64,000 nt of DNA from Glycera tridactyla (taxonomy: Eukaryota). Below the pieces are notes generated by a model, which saw only the letters and a program-made list of their open reading frames with translations, was not told the DNA's origin and ran no database searches. Location of the stretch: contig OZ286466.1 in assembly GCA_965644265.1 (NCBI GenBank), forward strand, positions 69,626,001 through 69,690,000. The letters are read 5' to 3'. Below, one piece after another: positions 1 to 11,628 of the stretch. How positions within the stretch are numbered: position 1 is the stretch's first letter; each line of letters opens with the position of its first letter. The position numbers and the translations under genes are program-made.

Positions 1-320
1 TTGCTGGTGAGTCCGTTTGTTGATGCTATATTTAAAACCTCTGTCCCTTTGATGGCTTTGTAACATCTTTTGCCATCTCCATCATGATTTTCTCCATGGC
101 CTGACGTAGGCCATTGTTCTCGTAGCGTGGACGTTGGTTTTGGTACTGACGTCCACCTCTGGGGCGATACTCGGATCTTCCGTTGTGTCCCGTGTTGCTC
201 TTCCGTTCCGTTGCCCCAGAGCGAAAATCCTGAGACGAAGCTGTTCCACGTGGTGATACAGGTGAACGACTGCGTCTCCGTTGGCCACCAGATTGGCCAT
301 TCTGGCGTTGCTGCTGCCAT
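1..320 (-). CDS. 5' part of a further ORF2 (RT-EN) copy, cut by the window edge
   Basis: Mirror of 17969-18288; same sequence as the start of the other ORF2 copies. Confidence 0.7.
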   Translation of the reverse strand, partial: MAAATPEWPIWWPTETQSFTCITTWNSFVSGFSLWGNGTEEQHGTQRKIRVSPQRWTSVPKPTSTLREQWPTSGHGENHDGDGKRCYKAIKGTEVLNIASTNGLTS

Positions 321-2959
321 CTATTAGGGGAGCCCTGGCGGCGTTTTGGAGAGAAGCGTCTACCTCTCCCGCGTCCTGTTTGGGCGTCGGCCTCAGTATT
401 GAGGGGCGTCTCAGTATAGCCACCAGTGGATGTACTCGCTTCGGACTGATTTTCACTCTTCCGATTTTTCTTTCCTTCTCGCGGTTGGAAAGTGATAGGT
501 ACTGGGTCATTGCGGTTGATTAGATTTTGTGGTGCCAGAAGTGTCTCTACTATCGAGTCCATGGGCACTGGATTTGATCCTATCTCAACCTCAATCTCAC
601 CAAGTCCTTTGCGTGTTGCTACCTTATCTTTCATCGCAATTGCCTTCAGGAGGAGACGGGCCTCCTTGAAGTCCTCTTTGCGGGTGGGACCATATAACAT
701 GCGCATGGCCTCACAGTTGGCATCACCAATGTTACCATAGAAATGGGCTTTGGTTTCTAAAGCTTCACCAAAGAACACCATGCGTTCTTTTGCCTGTTCT
801 CTAACTAAGTCATTGAATGATACATGGATGTCCTTATTTGCAGGAAAATAGGCGGGCGCTTCTTGCAGTCCTAGAGCCCACCTGGGAATCCTGTCAGCAG
901 ATGCCATTGCTTTAAGATGTGCACCTCGAGCCATGGATTTCGCTTCTGAGATCCACGAGCTGCGTGCTCTTCGGAACGAATCCGAGGCCTCGTACGGGAC
1001 TGTAATGTGTTTCTCCAGAATTCTCTCATATTCAGCCTCCATGTTGACCTCGGGTCCATCGTCCTCATCTCCATCCACTTCTCCGTCCTCGATCTGTCTC
1101 TCCTCCTGCAAAGTAACACAACCATTAGATAACATTTCATTGGTTTTCAGTGCAGGTGGGACATCGCTGGGCCCTGATTCGGAGGTGGATTTTTTACCAA
1201 TAAAATCTGAAGACGAATTTTCACTCTCTGTGCTAGGGATTCTTTCAGGTTGAGTAGAGAATTTGATTCTCTTTCTCTTCCTTTGTTTCTCACTCCTACA
1301 GAGAGGTGGGTCACTTTGACTCATCTCTTGGTCCATTTCCAAAGATTCCAAGATTTTCAAAGTGGCCGATTGGTCCAAATCCACATTCACTTTGACATTT
1401 GGACTGGATTTTGATTTGCTGGGATCTGAAATTTCCACTATCGAATCCGTATGTAGGTCATTCAGTGACATACTGCTTCGTTGGTTCATAGGCAGATCAA
1501 ATTCATCAAGTGTGTCGAGGAATTCAGACATATTCCTGTTTGATGAGTTCAATATCCTGTCTGTGATGGTGGAATTTGAATCAAAGTTCTGAGGATCAAA
1601 AGGCAGATTCTGAACCCTAGCAGAAAATGAGCTTGCATGATTCACCAGGGTTGCCTCACTATTCACACTACACATGGATTCTGTTCCTTTTTCATGCAAT
1701 TTTTGAGGTTTTGGCTTCAGAAACAATCTGATGCTATTCTGGCCTTTGACTGTTTTTGGACGTGACTTTCCCCCTTTCCCAATTGTGGGTCTCTGCAGGG
1801 GTGAGTCCTCCAATTTGGATGTCTGATCAGAGGGTACGACATCTGGGTTCGAACCCTGGGCTTGGGTTCCTTCGCTAACGTACTCAACAGACATTGGAGA
1901 TTTAGTACTATCAGTTGTGGGGTCTTTGTTATGCTGATGTACTCTCACGATTCTTTGTGGTTTGGGTGTGCTAATCACATTGTCCCATAGGCCCACATTG
2001 CTATCTGTAGGTTCAGGCCATTGCATTTGTAGTGCCAATTCACGGTCTGAAGCTATTTGATCTGAAATCAAAAGACTCTGTTCGTATGTGCCCGAGGCAC
2101 GTTGGGGGCCTGGTGCCTGCGTGGCACTCTTGTTAGACTCCCTCCTCCTATGTGAAACGTCAAAACTACAGTTTACCGAATATGTAAGCGGTTTGACTGT
2201 GTCCGTGGACACACAAATCTTTACAGAGTCTTCATTTCGAAAGGAGACTTTTCGGTTATATTTCGTGTCATCTACACGCAAGATGTTTCGTTCATCTTCG
2301 GTCTGAATCATTTGCGAAGCATTTTCAACATCTGTCACATTTGTGTTCAGAACTGTGCGTGTTAGTTTTCGAGTGGACTGACGAGGCTTATTTTCAAAAC
2401 AGTGTTTATGGAGATTAAACTTCCTCAATCCTTTATCACATGAAGTTGGGACATCGTATATAAGCGGTAAAACCTCGGTGTCCTTCTCCTTCTTTTTCTT
2501 TGAAGGGGTATTGTCGTTTACCCCTTCCTGTATCGGATCAAAATTAGCCACAATATGTTTATACACGTTAATGGTCTCGCCTTTGATCTCAGTGTCAAAA
2601 CGCGTCGTGGTCCCCATCGCGTCATGGGGAGACAATAGCGCGTCGTGCTTTCTATCTCGACGTGGGCTGTCAACGTTTATGACACATTTAAAACCATTTT
2701 CCCGAGTTAAAATCACGTCGGGGATTTTTGCGGGTGGGAGAAAATGTGTAATACTCACATCTGGAGTATTAGGATTGTCTCCAACGTTTTCTGACGCTGT
2801 CATCTCGGCGTCAGCGTTGTCGGCGTCCATGGCGTCGCTCGGAGCGTCCCCACGATCTCCTTCCTCCTTGGACGTCGTCTTTTTCGATTCAGATACGGAA
2901 AACGTTTCCTGTATCTCGGGGGTCTTTTTTCCATCCTCTAGGGGTGGTATAGAAGCCAT
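32..2959 (-). CDS. PLE ORF1, ~975 aa, unknown function (disordered N-terminus, helical core, RS/RG tail)
   Basis: Intact ORF; first ATG (MASIPP) at 2959, although the track starts at GTG 3007. Same protein as the + strand copies. Confidence 0.8.
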   Translation of the reverse strand: MASIPPLEDGKKTPEIQETFSVSESKKTTSKEEGDRGDAPSDAMDADNADAEMTASENVGDNPNTPDVSITHFLPPAKIPDVILTRENGFKCVINVDSPRRDRKHDALLSPHDAMGTTTRFDTEIKGETINVYKHIVANFDPIQEGVNDNTPSKKKKEKDTEVLPLIYDVPTSCDKGLRKFNLHKHCFENKPRQSTRKLTRTVLNTNVTDVENASQMIQTEDERNILRVDDTKYNRKVSFRNEDSVKICVSTDTVKPLTYSVNCSFDVSHRRRESNKSATQAPGPQRASGTYEQSLLISDQIASDRELALQMQWPEPTDSNVGLWDNVISTPKPQRIVRVHQHNKDPTTDSTKSPMSVEYVSEGTQAQGSNPDVVPSDQTSKLEDSPLQRPTIGKGGKSRPKTVKGQNSIRLFLKPKPQKLHEKGTESMCSVNSEATLVNHASSFSARVQNLPFDPQNFDSNSTITDRILNSSNRNMSEFLDTLDEFDLPMNQRSSMSLNDLHTDSIVEISDPSKSKSSPNVKVNVDLDQSATLKILESLEMDQEMSQSDPPLCRSEKQRKRKRIKFSTQPERIPSTESENSSSDFIGKKSTSESGPSDVPPALKTNEMLSNGCVTLQEERQIEDGEVDGDEDDGPEVNMEAEYERILEKHITVPYEASDSFRRARSSWISEAKSMARGAHLKAMASADRIPRWALGLQEAPAYFPANKDIHVSFNDLVREQAKERMVFFGEALETKAHFYGNIGDANCEAMRMLYGPTRKEDFKEARLLLKAIAMKDKVATRKGLGEIEVEIGSNPVPMDSIVETLLAPQNLINRNDPVPITFQPREGKKNRKSENQSEASTSTGGYTETPLNTEADAQTGRGRGRRFSPKRRQGSPNRWQQQRQNGQSGGQRRRSRSPVSPRGTASSQDFRSGATERKSNTGHNGRSEYRPRGGRQYQNQRPRYENNGLRQAMEKIMMEMAKDVTKPSKGQRF

Positions 2960-3022
2960 CTTCTTGAAGGAAGAAACCAAAGAATGAATATAAAGTAGAC
3001 GAGGCACGGATCCCTCCTTCTT

Positions 3023-3340
3023 TCAGTGTGACCGAAGCTGGTTTGAACCGTCGGTTCAAAGCGTGGCGCTTATAAAGGCCTATGACGCATCCTACTTTGT
3101 TGCCTAGCAAAAGACGCTGCCCTTGGCGACCTTGTTTTGATCTGCCAAATAAGGGTATGCGCGTCGATGTCTACAAACAAGTATTGTCCTTAAAAAGGAT
3201 CAATGCTTATTTGGGGGTACTACAGTAAAATCTATCTGAGGCAAATCAGATATATTCTACACCCCTATTTGGCTAAAATGGAACCATTTTAGCGAACCAT
3301 CCCTTCGGTTTCGGAGACGACACTCCTCATCAGACACTGA
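3023..3340 (-). ncRNA. Split hammerhead ribozyme (inverted-arm copy)
   Basis: Mirror of 14949-15266; predicted cleavage 3' of the C at 3030 on the minus strand. Confidence 0.85.
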
Positions 3341-3952
3341 CTAAAACGTGAATGCCACGGTCAAAGAAAAATTTGGGGGCAACCAAAATGACTTGGTGGC
3401 CCCAAACCCCTTTATGTGGTGACCTAACTAAGGTCTATGACACAGTCAGAGAGAGCATGTCACAGTATGGGTCTGATTGGCCTAATCAGATTGTAAAGGG
3501 GGGGATTGAATACTTTCTCTCCCTCAAGGATTTTAGATCAATCACTCTGTATTGTTCACCTTGAAATAAATGGCAACTCCATGTACAGGGACAGCCTGTT
3601 CATGGTTTCGGATGCGTTCTCTTACACAGAGAGGCCCAATAAGCGTCATGGTCGGATGGCTTTAAGGAGGTATACACTCAAAACACTCAGAAAGAAGATT
3701 AATATGTAGTGACGAGGCGGAGAGTACATTTGAGTGTTGCCTCAAAGGTTGACCTTTGACCCCTGATCAAGGTCAGCCTGGGTAATCCCAGGGTAGGGAC
3801 ACAGAATCAAAGATTTATATCTCGGCTATGATCGTGGGTAAAACCAGGAGTTGATCGGGGCACGACATCAAATGTCCCGTGATTCTGAAAAAAATATACA
3901 TATCTGCCTGGTTGACAAAATTCTGTTGCAACAGGCACGGAATTATGATCTT

Positions 3953-6949
3953 CTACCCTGATCTGCCTTTTTTGTAGAATCTCCAGTTTCTACTTTTACC
4001 GTAGTCTCTGGTTTTTAACATCGTGTTGAGTCCATCAGGTCGCTGTGTTCTCAAACGCTGTATCCAGTTTTTCTCAATCAGAAGACGCAGATTCTCTGCA
4101 TACTCGGCCATGGGGTCTGTATACACAAAATCCAATACAAACAACTCAAGGTCATCCCTGCCTAAGTGGTCATCAGAGTTAAAGTGTCGTCCAATGTCAT
4201 CACTCAAGACTTTGCGTTTGATCCTATCAAAATGCCCCTGGAGTCTTTTCATGATTGTTGTTCGTGTTTGGCCCACATATTGCCTCCCACATCGCCTGCA
4301 TTGGATGCAATAGATGAGGTTGGAACTTTTGCAAGTGATATTTTTCTTGCAAGTGTAGTTGACCTTTGTGACCTGACTTCTGATCTTTCCAGATTTATTA
4401 AGTACAGGGCAGTGATTACACTTCGGATTTTTGCATAGATTCCTGGTCTCACTGCATGGTTTTTTATCTGAGGTGTCTCCCTGGATAGGCTTAAGTTTAG
4501 CCTTGACCAGGATGTCCCTCAAGTTCTGTGGTCTCCGAAAACCGAAAATAGTCTCAATGCTTGCTAGATCTTTAGTGGCCGACGATCTAGATAAAATCTC
4601 CATATTTTTCTCCACTATCCCCCGAATTTGATTATTACGGGGATTGTAAGTGGTGATCAAAAAAAACCTATCCTCATTTGGGACCGTTTCAGCCAAAGTG
4701 AGATTGGTTTGATCGGCCTGACTGGAAGTTTTCCCAACTGGCTTCAGGGCTTCTGTTCTCTGGACCTTGTCTGCACGGTACCAGCTTTCAAAAACAATTT
4801 CTGTGGGATATCCTCTTCTAAGAAAATGTCCCATAATTTTGGCGCTCTCGTTGATAAAATCAGTATTTTTGGAGCAAATACGCTTCACTCTCAAGAATTG
4901 ACTGAAAGGTAGACTCTTTTTCATATGCATCGGATGTGCTGATTTGAAATGGAGGTAGCTATGGCTATCTGTAGGTTTACAGTATACAGTCGTCCATAGT
5001 CTGTCTTCACTGTCTTTGTGGACCGTCGTGTCCAGGAAGACCACATGGTCCTCCGAGATTTCTGCAGTGAATTTTATGGTATCAAGGCAAGAATTCAGGT
5101 ATTCTACAAACTTGTCCAACTCTTCCTTGCCATGGGTCCAAACTCCAAAAATGTCATCTAGGTAGCGTTTCCAGATGAGTGGTTGCTTGGCATAGGTGTA
5201 CACAAATCTCTCCTCAAAATCACCCATGAAAAAATTAGCTAGGCTGGGGGCCACCCTCGTGCCCATACCCGTGCCTCCAATTTGGAGGTAATCTACACCA
5301 TTGAATTGAAAGTTATTCATTTTCAATACAAATTCAAGTAGTTTCATGAGTGATTCAGTTCTCGGGATGGCATATGATGCTCTATTTTTCTCTAGGATTT
5401 TCCGAACACTCTCCATCCCGGCTTCATGCGGTATGTTTGTATATAGACTGGTAACATCCATGGTGAAAAGGATACTGTTTTTCGGTAGGATGCCAGTGTC
5501 TTCCAGAAGACAGATGAAATCAGTAGTGTCCCTTAGGTATGATTTCACTTCTGGGAGGAGTGGTTTAATGAAAAAATCCACAAATTTGGATATTTTCTCG
5601 GTAGGGCAATCATTGGCGGATATGATTGGTCTACCTGGTGGGGGTCTAGTTTTTTTGTGGATTTTGGGCAACATGTAAAACTCAGGAGTCCTCGGGTTTG
5701 CCTGCCACAAGTATTTCTCAGTCTTATCAGTAATTTCACCTGCCCATTTCATTTTGTGAAGAAACTCCCCAATCTCCGCATGATGTTTCATTGTCAAGTT
5801 CTCATCCATTTTCTTATAGAAATTTGGATTTTCCAATTGTGAAAGGCCTTCCTTGATGTAGTCATCTCTATTCAGAATGACAATTGATGACCCTTTATCT
5901 GCCTTTTTCAACACTATCTCGGGATTTCTACTGAGTGTCTTAAGGCCAGCCCTCTCTGCTCTAGTAACATTTTCTGGGCGATTTTCCTTGAAAATGACTT
6001 TTGACAGATGAAGTTCATTCATGTCGCTGAATGTATTAAGACTTCTAGGATTCTGTTTTGGCTCAAAAGTAGAGGGCAGTAAAAACTCTCGATCTTCAAA
6101 AGGACTGGTATTTCCATCAAAAATGACCTTTGAAGAACCCTTGAGGGAAGTCGTATCTACCTGTGAGAAAGGTGTACCAGAGAGCGACTCTGGGGCACTT
6201 TTCTTTTTAGTGGGTTTGAGTTTTGATGTCAATGACTGTATGTCAGTGGCATCGTCGTTGAAATGAGCATAACATCGTAATCTACGATGGTATTTCTCTA
6301 AATCGTTGCAAATTTCACCCATTTCCGGTTCCCCCGGTGTAGGGCAAAAGGTAAGGCCTTTACTCAAAATTGACACATGTTCTTCCTGTAAAGAGAAGTT
6401 TGACAAGTTCATAATCCCTGTATCCTCTGACAGGGCGATTTTCACAATTTCATCAGCACAAGTCTGCAAATCAGTAGGACAAGTGCTAGAAAATGTACTG
6501 GATGCTTGCTGAAAGTCAAGACCAACGAGAAATGTGTACTTTTTGACATTATTATTCAGATTTTTATTTTGAAACACCTGCACCTTCGTGCAGCTCTCCT
6601 CCATCTCCCTCACTCCACAAATCACGTCATTGCTGGTGAGTCCGTTTGTTGATGCTATATTTAAAACCTCTGTCCCTTTGATGGCTTTGTAACATCTTTT
6701 GCCATCTCCATCATGATTTTCTCCATGGCCTGACGTAGGCCATTGTTCTCGTAGCGTGGACGTTGGTTTTGGTACTGACGTCCACCTCTGGGGCGATACT
6801 CGGATCTTCCGTTGTGTCCCGTGTTGCTCTTCCGTTCCGTTGCCCCAGAGCGAAAATCCTGAGACGAAGCTGTTCCACGTGGTGATACAGGTGAACGACT
6901 GCGTCTCCGTTGGCCACCAGATTGGCCATTCTGGCGTTGCTGCTGCCAT
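3953..6949 (-). CDS. PLE ORF2: reverse transcriptase + GIY-YIG endonuclease
   Basis: Same motifs as the + copies; carries a private GTAMG>GTGMG change (nt 5268). Confidence 0.93.
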   Translation of the reverse strand: MAAATPEWPIWWPTETQSFTCITTWNSFVSGFSLWGNGTEEQHGTQRKIRVSPQRWTSVPKPTSTLREQWPTSGHGENHDGDGKRCYKAIKGTEVLNIASTNGLTSNDVICGVREMEESCTKVQVFQNKNLNNNVKKYTFLVGLDFQQASSTFSSTCPTDLQTCADEIVKIALSEDTGIMNLSNFSLQEEHVSILSKGLTFCPTPGEPEMGEICNDLEKYHRRLRCYAHFNDDATDIQSLTSKLKPTKKKSAPESLSGTPFSQVDTTSLKGSSKVIFDGNTSPFEDREFLLPSTFEPKQNPRSLNTFSDMNELHLSKVIFKENRPENVTRAERAGLKTLSRNPEIVLKKADKGSSIVILNRDDYIKEGLSQLENPNFYKKMDENLTMKHHAEIGEFLHKMKWAGEITDKTEKYLWQANPRTPEFYMLPKIHKKTRPPPGRPIISANDCPTEKISKFVDFFIKPLLPEVKSYLRDTTDFICLLEDTGILPKNSILFTMDVTSLYTNIPHEAGMESVRKILEKNRASYAIPRTESLMKLLEFVLKMNNFQFNGVDYLQIGGTGMGTRVAPSLANFFMGDFEERFVYTYAKQPLIWKRYLDDIFGVWTHGKEELDKFVEYLNSCLDTIKFTAEISEDHVVFLDTTVHKDSEDRLWTTVYCKPTDSHSYLHFKSAHPMHMKKSLPFSQFLRVKRICSKNTDFINESAKIMGHFLRRGYPTEIVFESWYRADKVQRTEALKPVGKTSSQADQTNLTLAETVPNEDRFFLITTYNPRNNQIRGIVEKNMEILSRSSATKDLASIETIFGFRRPQNLRDILVKAKLKPIQGDTSDKKPCSETRNLCKNPKCNHCPVLNKSGKIRSQVTKVNYTCKKNITCKSSNLIYCIQCRRCGRQYVGQTRTTIMKRLQGHFDRIKRKVLSDDIGRHFNSDDHLGRDDLELFVLDFVYTDPMAEYAENLRLLIEKNWIQRLRTQRPDGLNTMLKTRDYGKSRNWRFYKKGRSG

Positions 6950-8984
6950 CTATTAGGGGAGCCCTGGCGGCGTTTTGGAGAGAAGCGTCTACCTCTCCCG
7001 CGTCCTGTTTGGGCGTCGGCCTCAGTATTGAGGGGCGTCTCAGTATAGCCACCAGTGGATGTACTCGCTTCGGACTGATTTTCACTCTTCCGATTTTTCT
7101 TTCCTTCTCGCGGTTGGAAAGTGATAGGTACTGGGTCATTGCGGTTGATTAGATTTTGTGGTGCCAGAAGTGTCTCTACTATCGAGTCCATGGGCACTGG
7201 ATTTGATCCTATCTCAACCTCAATCTCACCAAGTCCTTTGCGTGTTGCTACCTTATCTTTCATCGCAATTGCCTTCAGGAGGAGACGGGCCTCCTTGAAG
7301 TCCTCTTTGCGGGTGGGACCATATAACATGCGCATGGCCTCACAGTTGGCATCACCAATGTTACCATAGAAATGGGCTTTGGTTTCTAAAGCTTCACCAA
7401 AGAACACCATGCGTTCTTTTGCCTGTTCTCTAACTAAGTCATTGAATGATACATGGATGTCCTTATTTGCAGGAAAATAGGCGGGCGCTTCTTGCAGTCC
7501 TAGAGCCCACCTGGGAATCCTGTCAGCAGATGCCATTGCTTTAAGATGTGCACCTCGAGCCATGGATTTCGCTTCTGAGATCCACGAGCTGCGTGCTCTT
7601 CGGAACGAATCCGAGGCCTCGTACGGGACTGTAATGTGTTTCTCCAGAATTCTCTCATATTCAGCCTCCATGTTGACCTCGGGTCCATCGTCCTCATCTC
7701 CATCCACTTCTCCGTCCTCGATCTGTCTCTCCTCCTGCAAAGTAACACAACCATTAGATAACATTTCATTGGTTTTCAGTGCAGGTGGGACATCGCTGGG
7801 CCCTGATTCGGAGGTGGATTTTTTACCAATAAAATCTGAAGACGAATTTTCACTCTCTGTGCTAGGGATTCTTTCAGGTTGAGTAGAGAATTTGATTCTC
7901 TTTCTCTTCCTTTGTTTCTCACTCCTACAGAGAGGTGGGTCACTTTGACTCATCTCTTGGTCCATTTCCAAAGATTCCAAGATTTTCAAAGTGGCCGATT
8001 GGTCCAAATCCACATTCACTTTGACATTTGGACTGGATTTTGATTTGCTGGGATCTGAAATTTCCACTATCGAATCCGTATGTAGGTCATTCAGTGACAT
8101 ACTGCTTCGTTGGTTCATAGGCAGATCAAATTCATCAAGTGTGTCGAGGAATTCAGACATATTCCTGTTTGATGAGTTCAATATCCTGTCTGTGATGGTG
8201 GAATTTGAATCAAAGTTCTGAGGATCAAAAGGCAGATTCTGAACCCTAGCAGAAAATGAGCTTGCATGATTCACCAGGGTTGCCTCACTATTCACACTAC
8301 ACATGGATTCTGTTCCTTTTTCATGCAATTTTTGAGGTTTTGGCTTCAGAAACAATCTGATGCTATTCTGGCCTTTGACTGTTTTTGGACGTGACTTTCC
8401 CCCTTTCCCAATTGTGGGTCTCTGCAGGGGTGAGTCCTCCAATTTGGATGTCTGATCAGAGGGTACGACATCTGGGTTCGAACCCTGGGCTTGGGTTCCT
8501 TCGCTAACGTACTCAACAGACATTGGAGATTTAGTACTATCAGTTGTGGGGTCTTTGTTATGCTGATGTACTCTCACGATTCTTTGTGGTTTGGGTGTGC
8601 TAATCACATTGTCCCATAGGCCCACATTGCTATCTGTAGGTTCAGGCCATTGCATTTGTAGTGCCAATTCACGGTCTGAAGCTATTTGATCTGAAATCAA
8701 AAGACTCTGTTCGTATGTGCCCGAGGCACGTTGGGGGCCTGGTGCCTGCGTGGCACTCTTGTTAGACTCCCTCCTCCTATGTGAAACGTCAAAACTACAG
8801 TTTACCGAATATGTAAGCGGTTTGACTGTGTCCGTGGACACACAAATCTTTACAGAGTCTTCATTTCGAAAGGAGACTTTTCGGTTATATTTCGTGTCAT
8901 CTACACGCAAGATGTTTCGTTCATCTTCGGTCTGAATCATTTGCGAAGCATTTTCAACATCTGTCACATTTGTGTTCAGAACTG
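6661..8984 (-). CDS. 5'-truncated ORF1 copy at the inversion junction
   Basis: ORF1 from ...VLNTNVTDV to the stop; its N-terminus is lost at the junction. Confidence 0.7.
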
Positions 8985-8987
8985 GGC

Positions 8988-11628
8988 TGACAGCCCACGT
9001 CGAGATAGAAAGCACGACGCGCTATTGTCTCCCCATGACGCGATGGGGACCACGACGCGTTTTGACACTGAGATCAAAGGCGAGACCATTAACGTGTATA
9101 AACATATTGTGGCTAATTTTGATCCGATACAGGAAGGGGTAAACGACAATACCCCTTCAAAGAAAAAGAAGGAGAAGGACACCGAGGTTTTACCGCTTAT
9201 ATACGATGTCCCAACTTCATGTGATAAAGGATTGAGGAAGTTTAATCTCCATAAACACTGTTTTGAAAATAAGCCTCGTCAGTCCACTCGAAAACTAACA
9301 CGCACAGTTCTGAACACAAATGTGACAGATGTTGAAAATGCTTCGCAAATGATTCAGACCGAAGATGAACGAAACATCTTGCGTGTAGATGACACGAAAT
9401 ATAACCGAAAAGTCTCCTTTCGAAATGAAGACTCTGTAAAGATTTGTGTGTCCACGGACACAGTCAAACCGCTTACATATTCGGTAAACTGTAGTTTTGA
9501 CGTTTCACATAGGAGGAGGGAGTCTAACAAGAGTGCCACGCAGGCACCAGGCCCCCAACGTGCCTCGGGCACATACGAACAGAGTCTTTTGATTTCAGAT
9601 CAAATAGCTTCAGACCGTGAATTGGCACTACAAATGCAATGGCCTGAACCTACAGATAGCAATGTGGGCCTATGGGACAATGTGATTAGCACACCCAAAC
9701 CACAAAGAATCGTGAGAGTACATCAGCATAACAAAGACCCCACAACTGATAGTACTAAATCTCCAATGTCTGTTGAGTACGTTAGCGAAGGAACCCAAGC
9801 CCAGGGTTCGAACCCAGATGTCGTACCCTCTGATCAGACATCCAAATTGGAGGACTCACCCCTGCAGAGACCCACAATTGGGAAAGGGGGAAAGTCACGT
9901 CCAAAAACAGTCAAAGGCCAGAATAGCATCAGATTGTTTCTGAAGCCAAAACCTCAAAAATTGCATGAAAAAGGAACAGAATCCATGTGTAGTGTGAATA
10001 GTGAGGCAACCCTGGTGAATCATGCAAGCTCATTTTCTGCTAGGGTTCAGAATCTGCCTTTTGATCCTCAGAACTTTGATTCAAATTCCACCATCACAGA
10101 CAGGATATTGAACTCATCAAACAGGAATATGTCTGAATTCCTCGACACACTTGATGAATTTGATCTGCCTATGAACCAACGAAGCAGTATGTCACTGAAT
10201 GACCTACATACGGATTCGATAGTGGAAATTTCAGATCCCAGCAAATCAAAATCCAGTCCAAATGTCAAAGTGAATGTGGATTTGGACCAATCGGCCACTT
10301 TGAAAATCTTGGAATCTTTGGAAATGGACCAAGAGATGAGTCAAAGTGACCCACCTCTCTGTAGGAGTGAGAAACAAAGGAAGAGAAAGAGAATCAAATT
10401 CTCTACTCAACCTGAAAGAATCCCTAGCACAGAGAGTGAAAATTCGTCTTCAGATTTTATTGGTAAAAAATCCACCTCCGAATCAGGGCCCAGCGATGTC
10501 CCACCTGCACTGAAAACCAATGAAATGTTATCTAATGGTTGTGTTACTTTGCAGGAGGAGAGACAGATCGAGGACGGAGAAGTGGATGGAGATGAGGACG
10601 ATGGACCCGAGGTCAACATGGAGGCTGAATATGAGAGAATTCTGGAGAAACACATTACAGTCCCGTACGAGGCCTCGGATTCGTTCCGAAGAGCACGCAG
10701 CTCGTGGATCTCAGAAGCGAAATCCATGGCTCGAGGTGCACATCTTAAAGCAATGGCATCTGCTGACAGGATTCCCAGGTGGGCTCTAGGACTGCAAGAA
10801 GCGCCCGCCTATTTTCCTGCAAATAAGGACATCCATGTATCATTCAATGACTTAGTTAGAGAACAGGCAAAAGAACGCATGGTGTTCTTTGGTGAAGCTT
10901 TAGAAACCAAAGCCCATTTCTATGGTAACATTGGTGATGCCAACTGTGAGGCCATGCGCATGTTATATGGTCCCACCCGCAAAGAGGACTTCAAGGAGGC
11001 CCGTCTCCTCCTGAAGGCAATTGCGATGAAAGATAAGGTAGCAACACGCAAAGGACTTGGTGAGATTGAGGTTGAGATAGGATCAAATCCAGTGCCCATG
11101 GACTCGATAGTAGAGACACTTCTGGCACCACAAAATCTAATCAACCGCAATGACCCAGTACCTATCACTTTCCAACCGCGAGAAGGAAAGAAAAATCGGA
11201 AGAGTGAAAATCAGTCCGAAGCGAGTACATCCACTGGTGGCTATACTGAGACGCCCCTCAATACTGAGGCCGACGCCCAAACAGGACGCGGGAGAGGTAG
11301 ACGCTTCTCTCCAAAACGCCGCCAGGGCTCCCCTAATAGATGGCAGCAGCAACGCCAGAATGGCCAATCTGGTGGCCAACGGAGACGCAGTCGTTCACCT
11401 GTATCACCACGTGGAACAGCTTCGTCTCAGGATTTTCGCTCTGGGGCAACGGAACGGAAGAGCAACACGGGACACAACGGAAGATCCGAGTATCGCCCCA
11501 GAGGTGGACGTCAGTACCAAAACCAACGTCCACGCTACGAGAACAATGGCCTACGTCAGGCCATGGAGAAAATCATGATGGAGATGGCAAAAGATGTTAC
11601 AAAGCCATCAAAGGGACAGAGGTTTTAA
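8988..11628 (+). CDS. 5'-truncated ORF1 copy at the inversion junction
   Basis: ORF1 from ...DSPRRDRK to the stop TAA at 11628; no upstream promoter or native start. Confidence 0.7.

Larger units (their letters stand above)
1..8984 (-). mobile_element. Inverted arm of the same PLE concatemer (at least 1.36 units, runs off the left edge)
   Basis: Reverse complement of 9305-18288: ORF2 3953-6949 mirrors 11340-14336, and ORF1 end 3007 mirrors 15282 (coordinate sum 18289). Confidence 0.95.
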
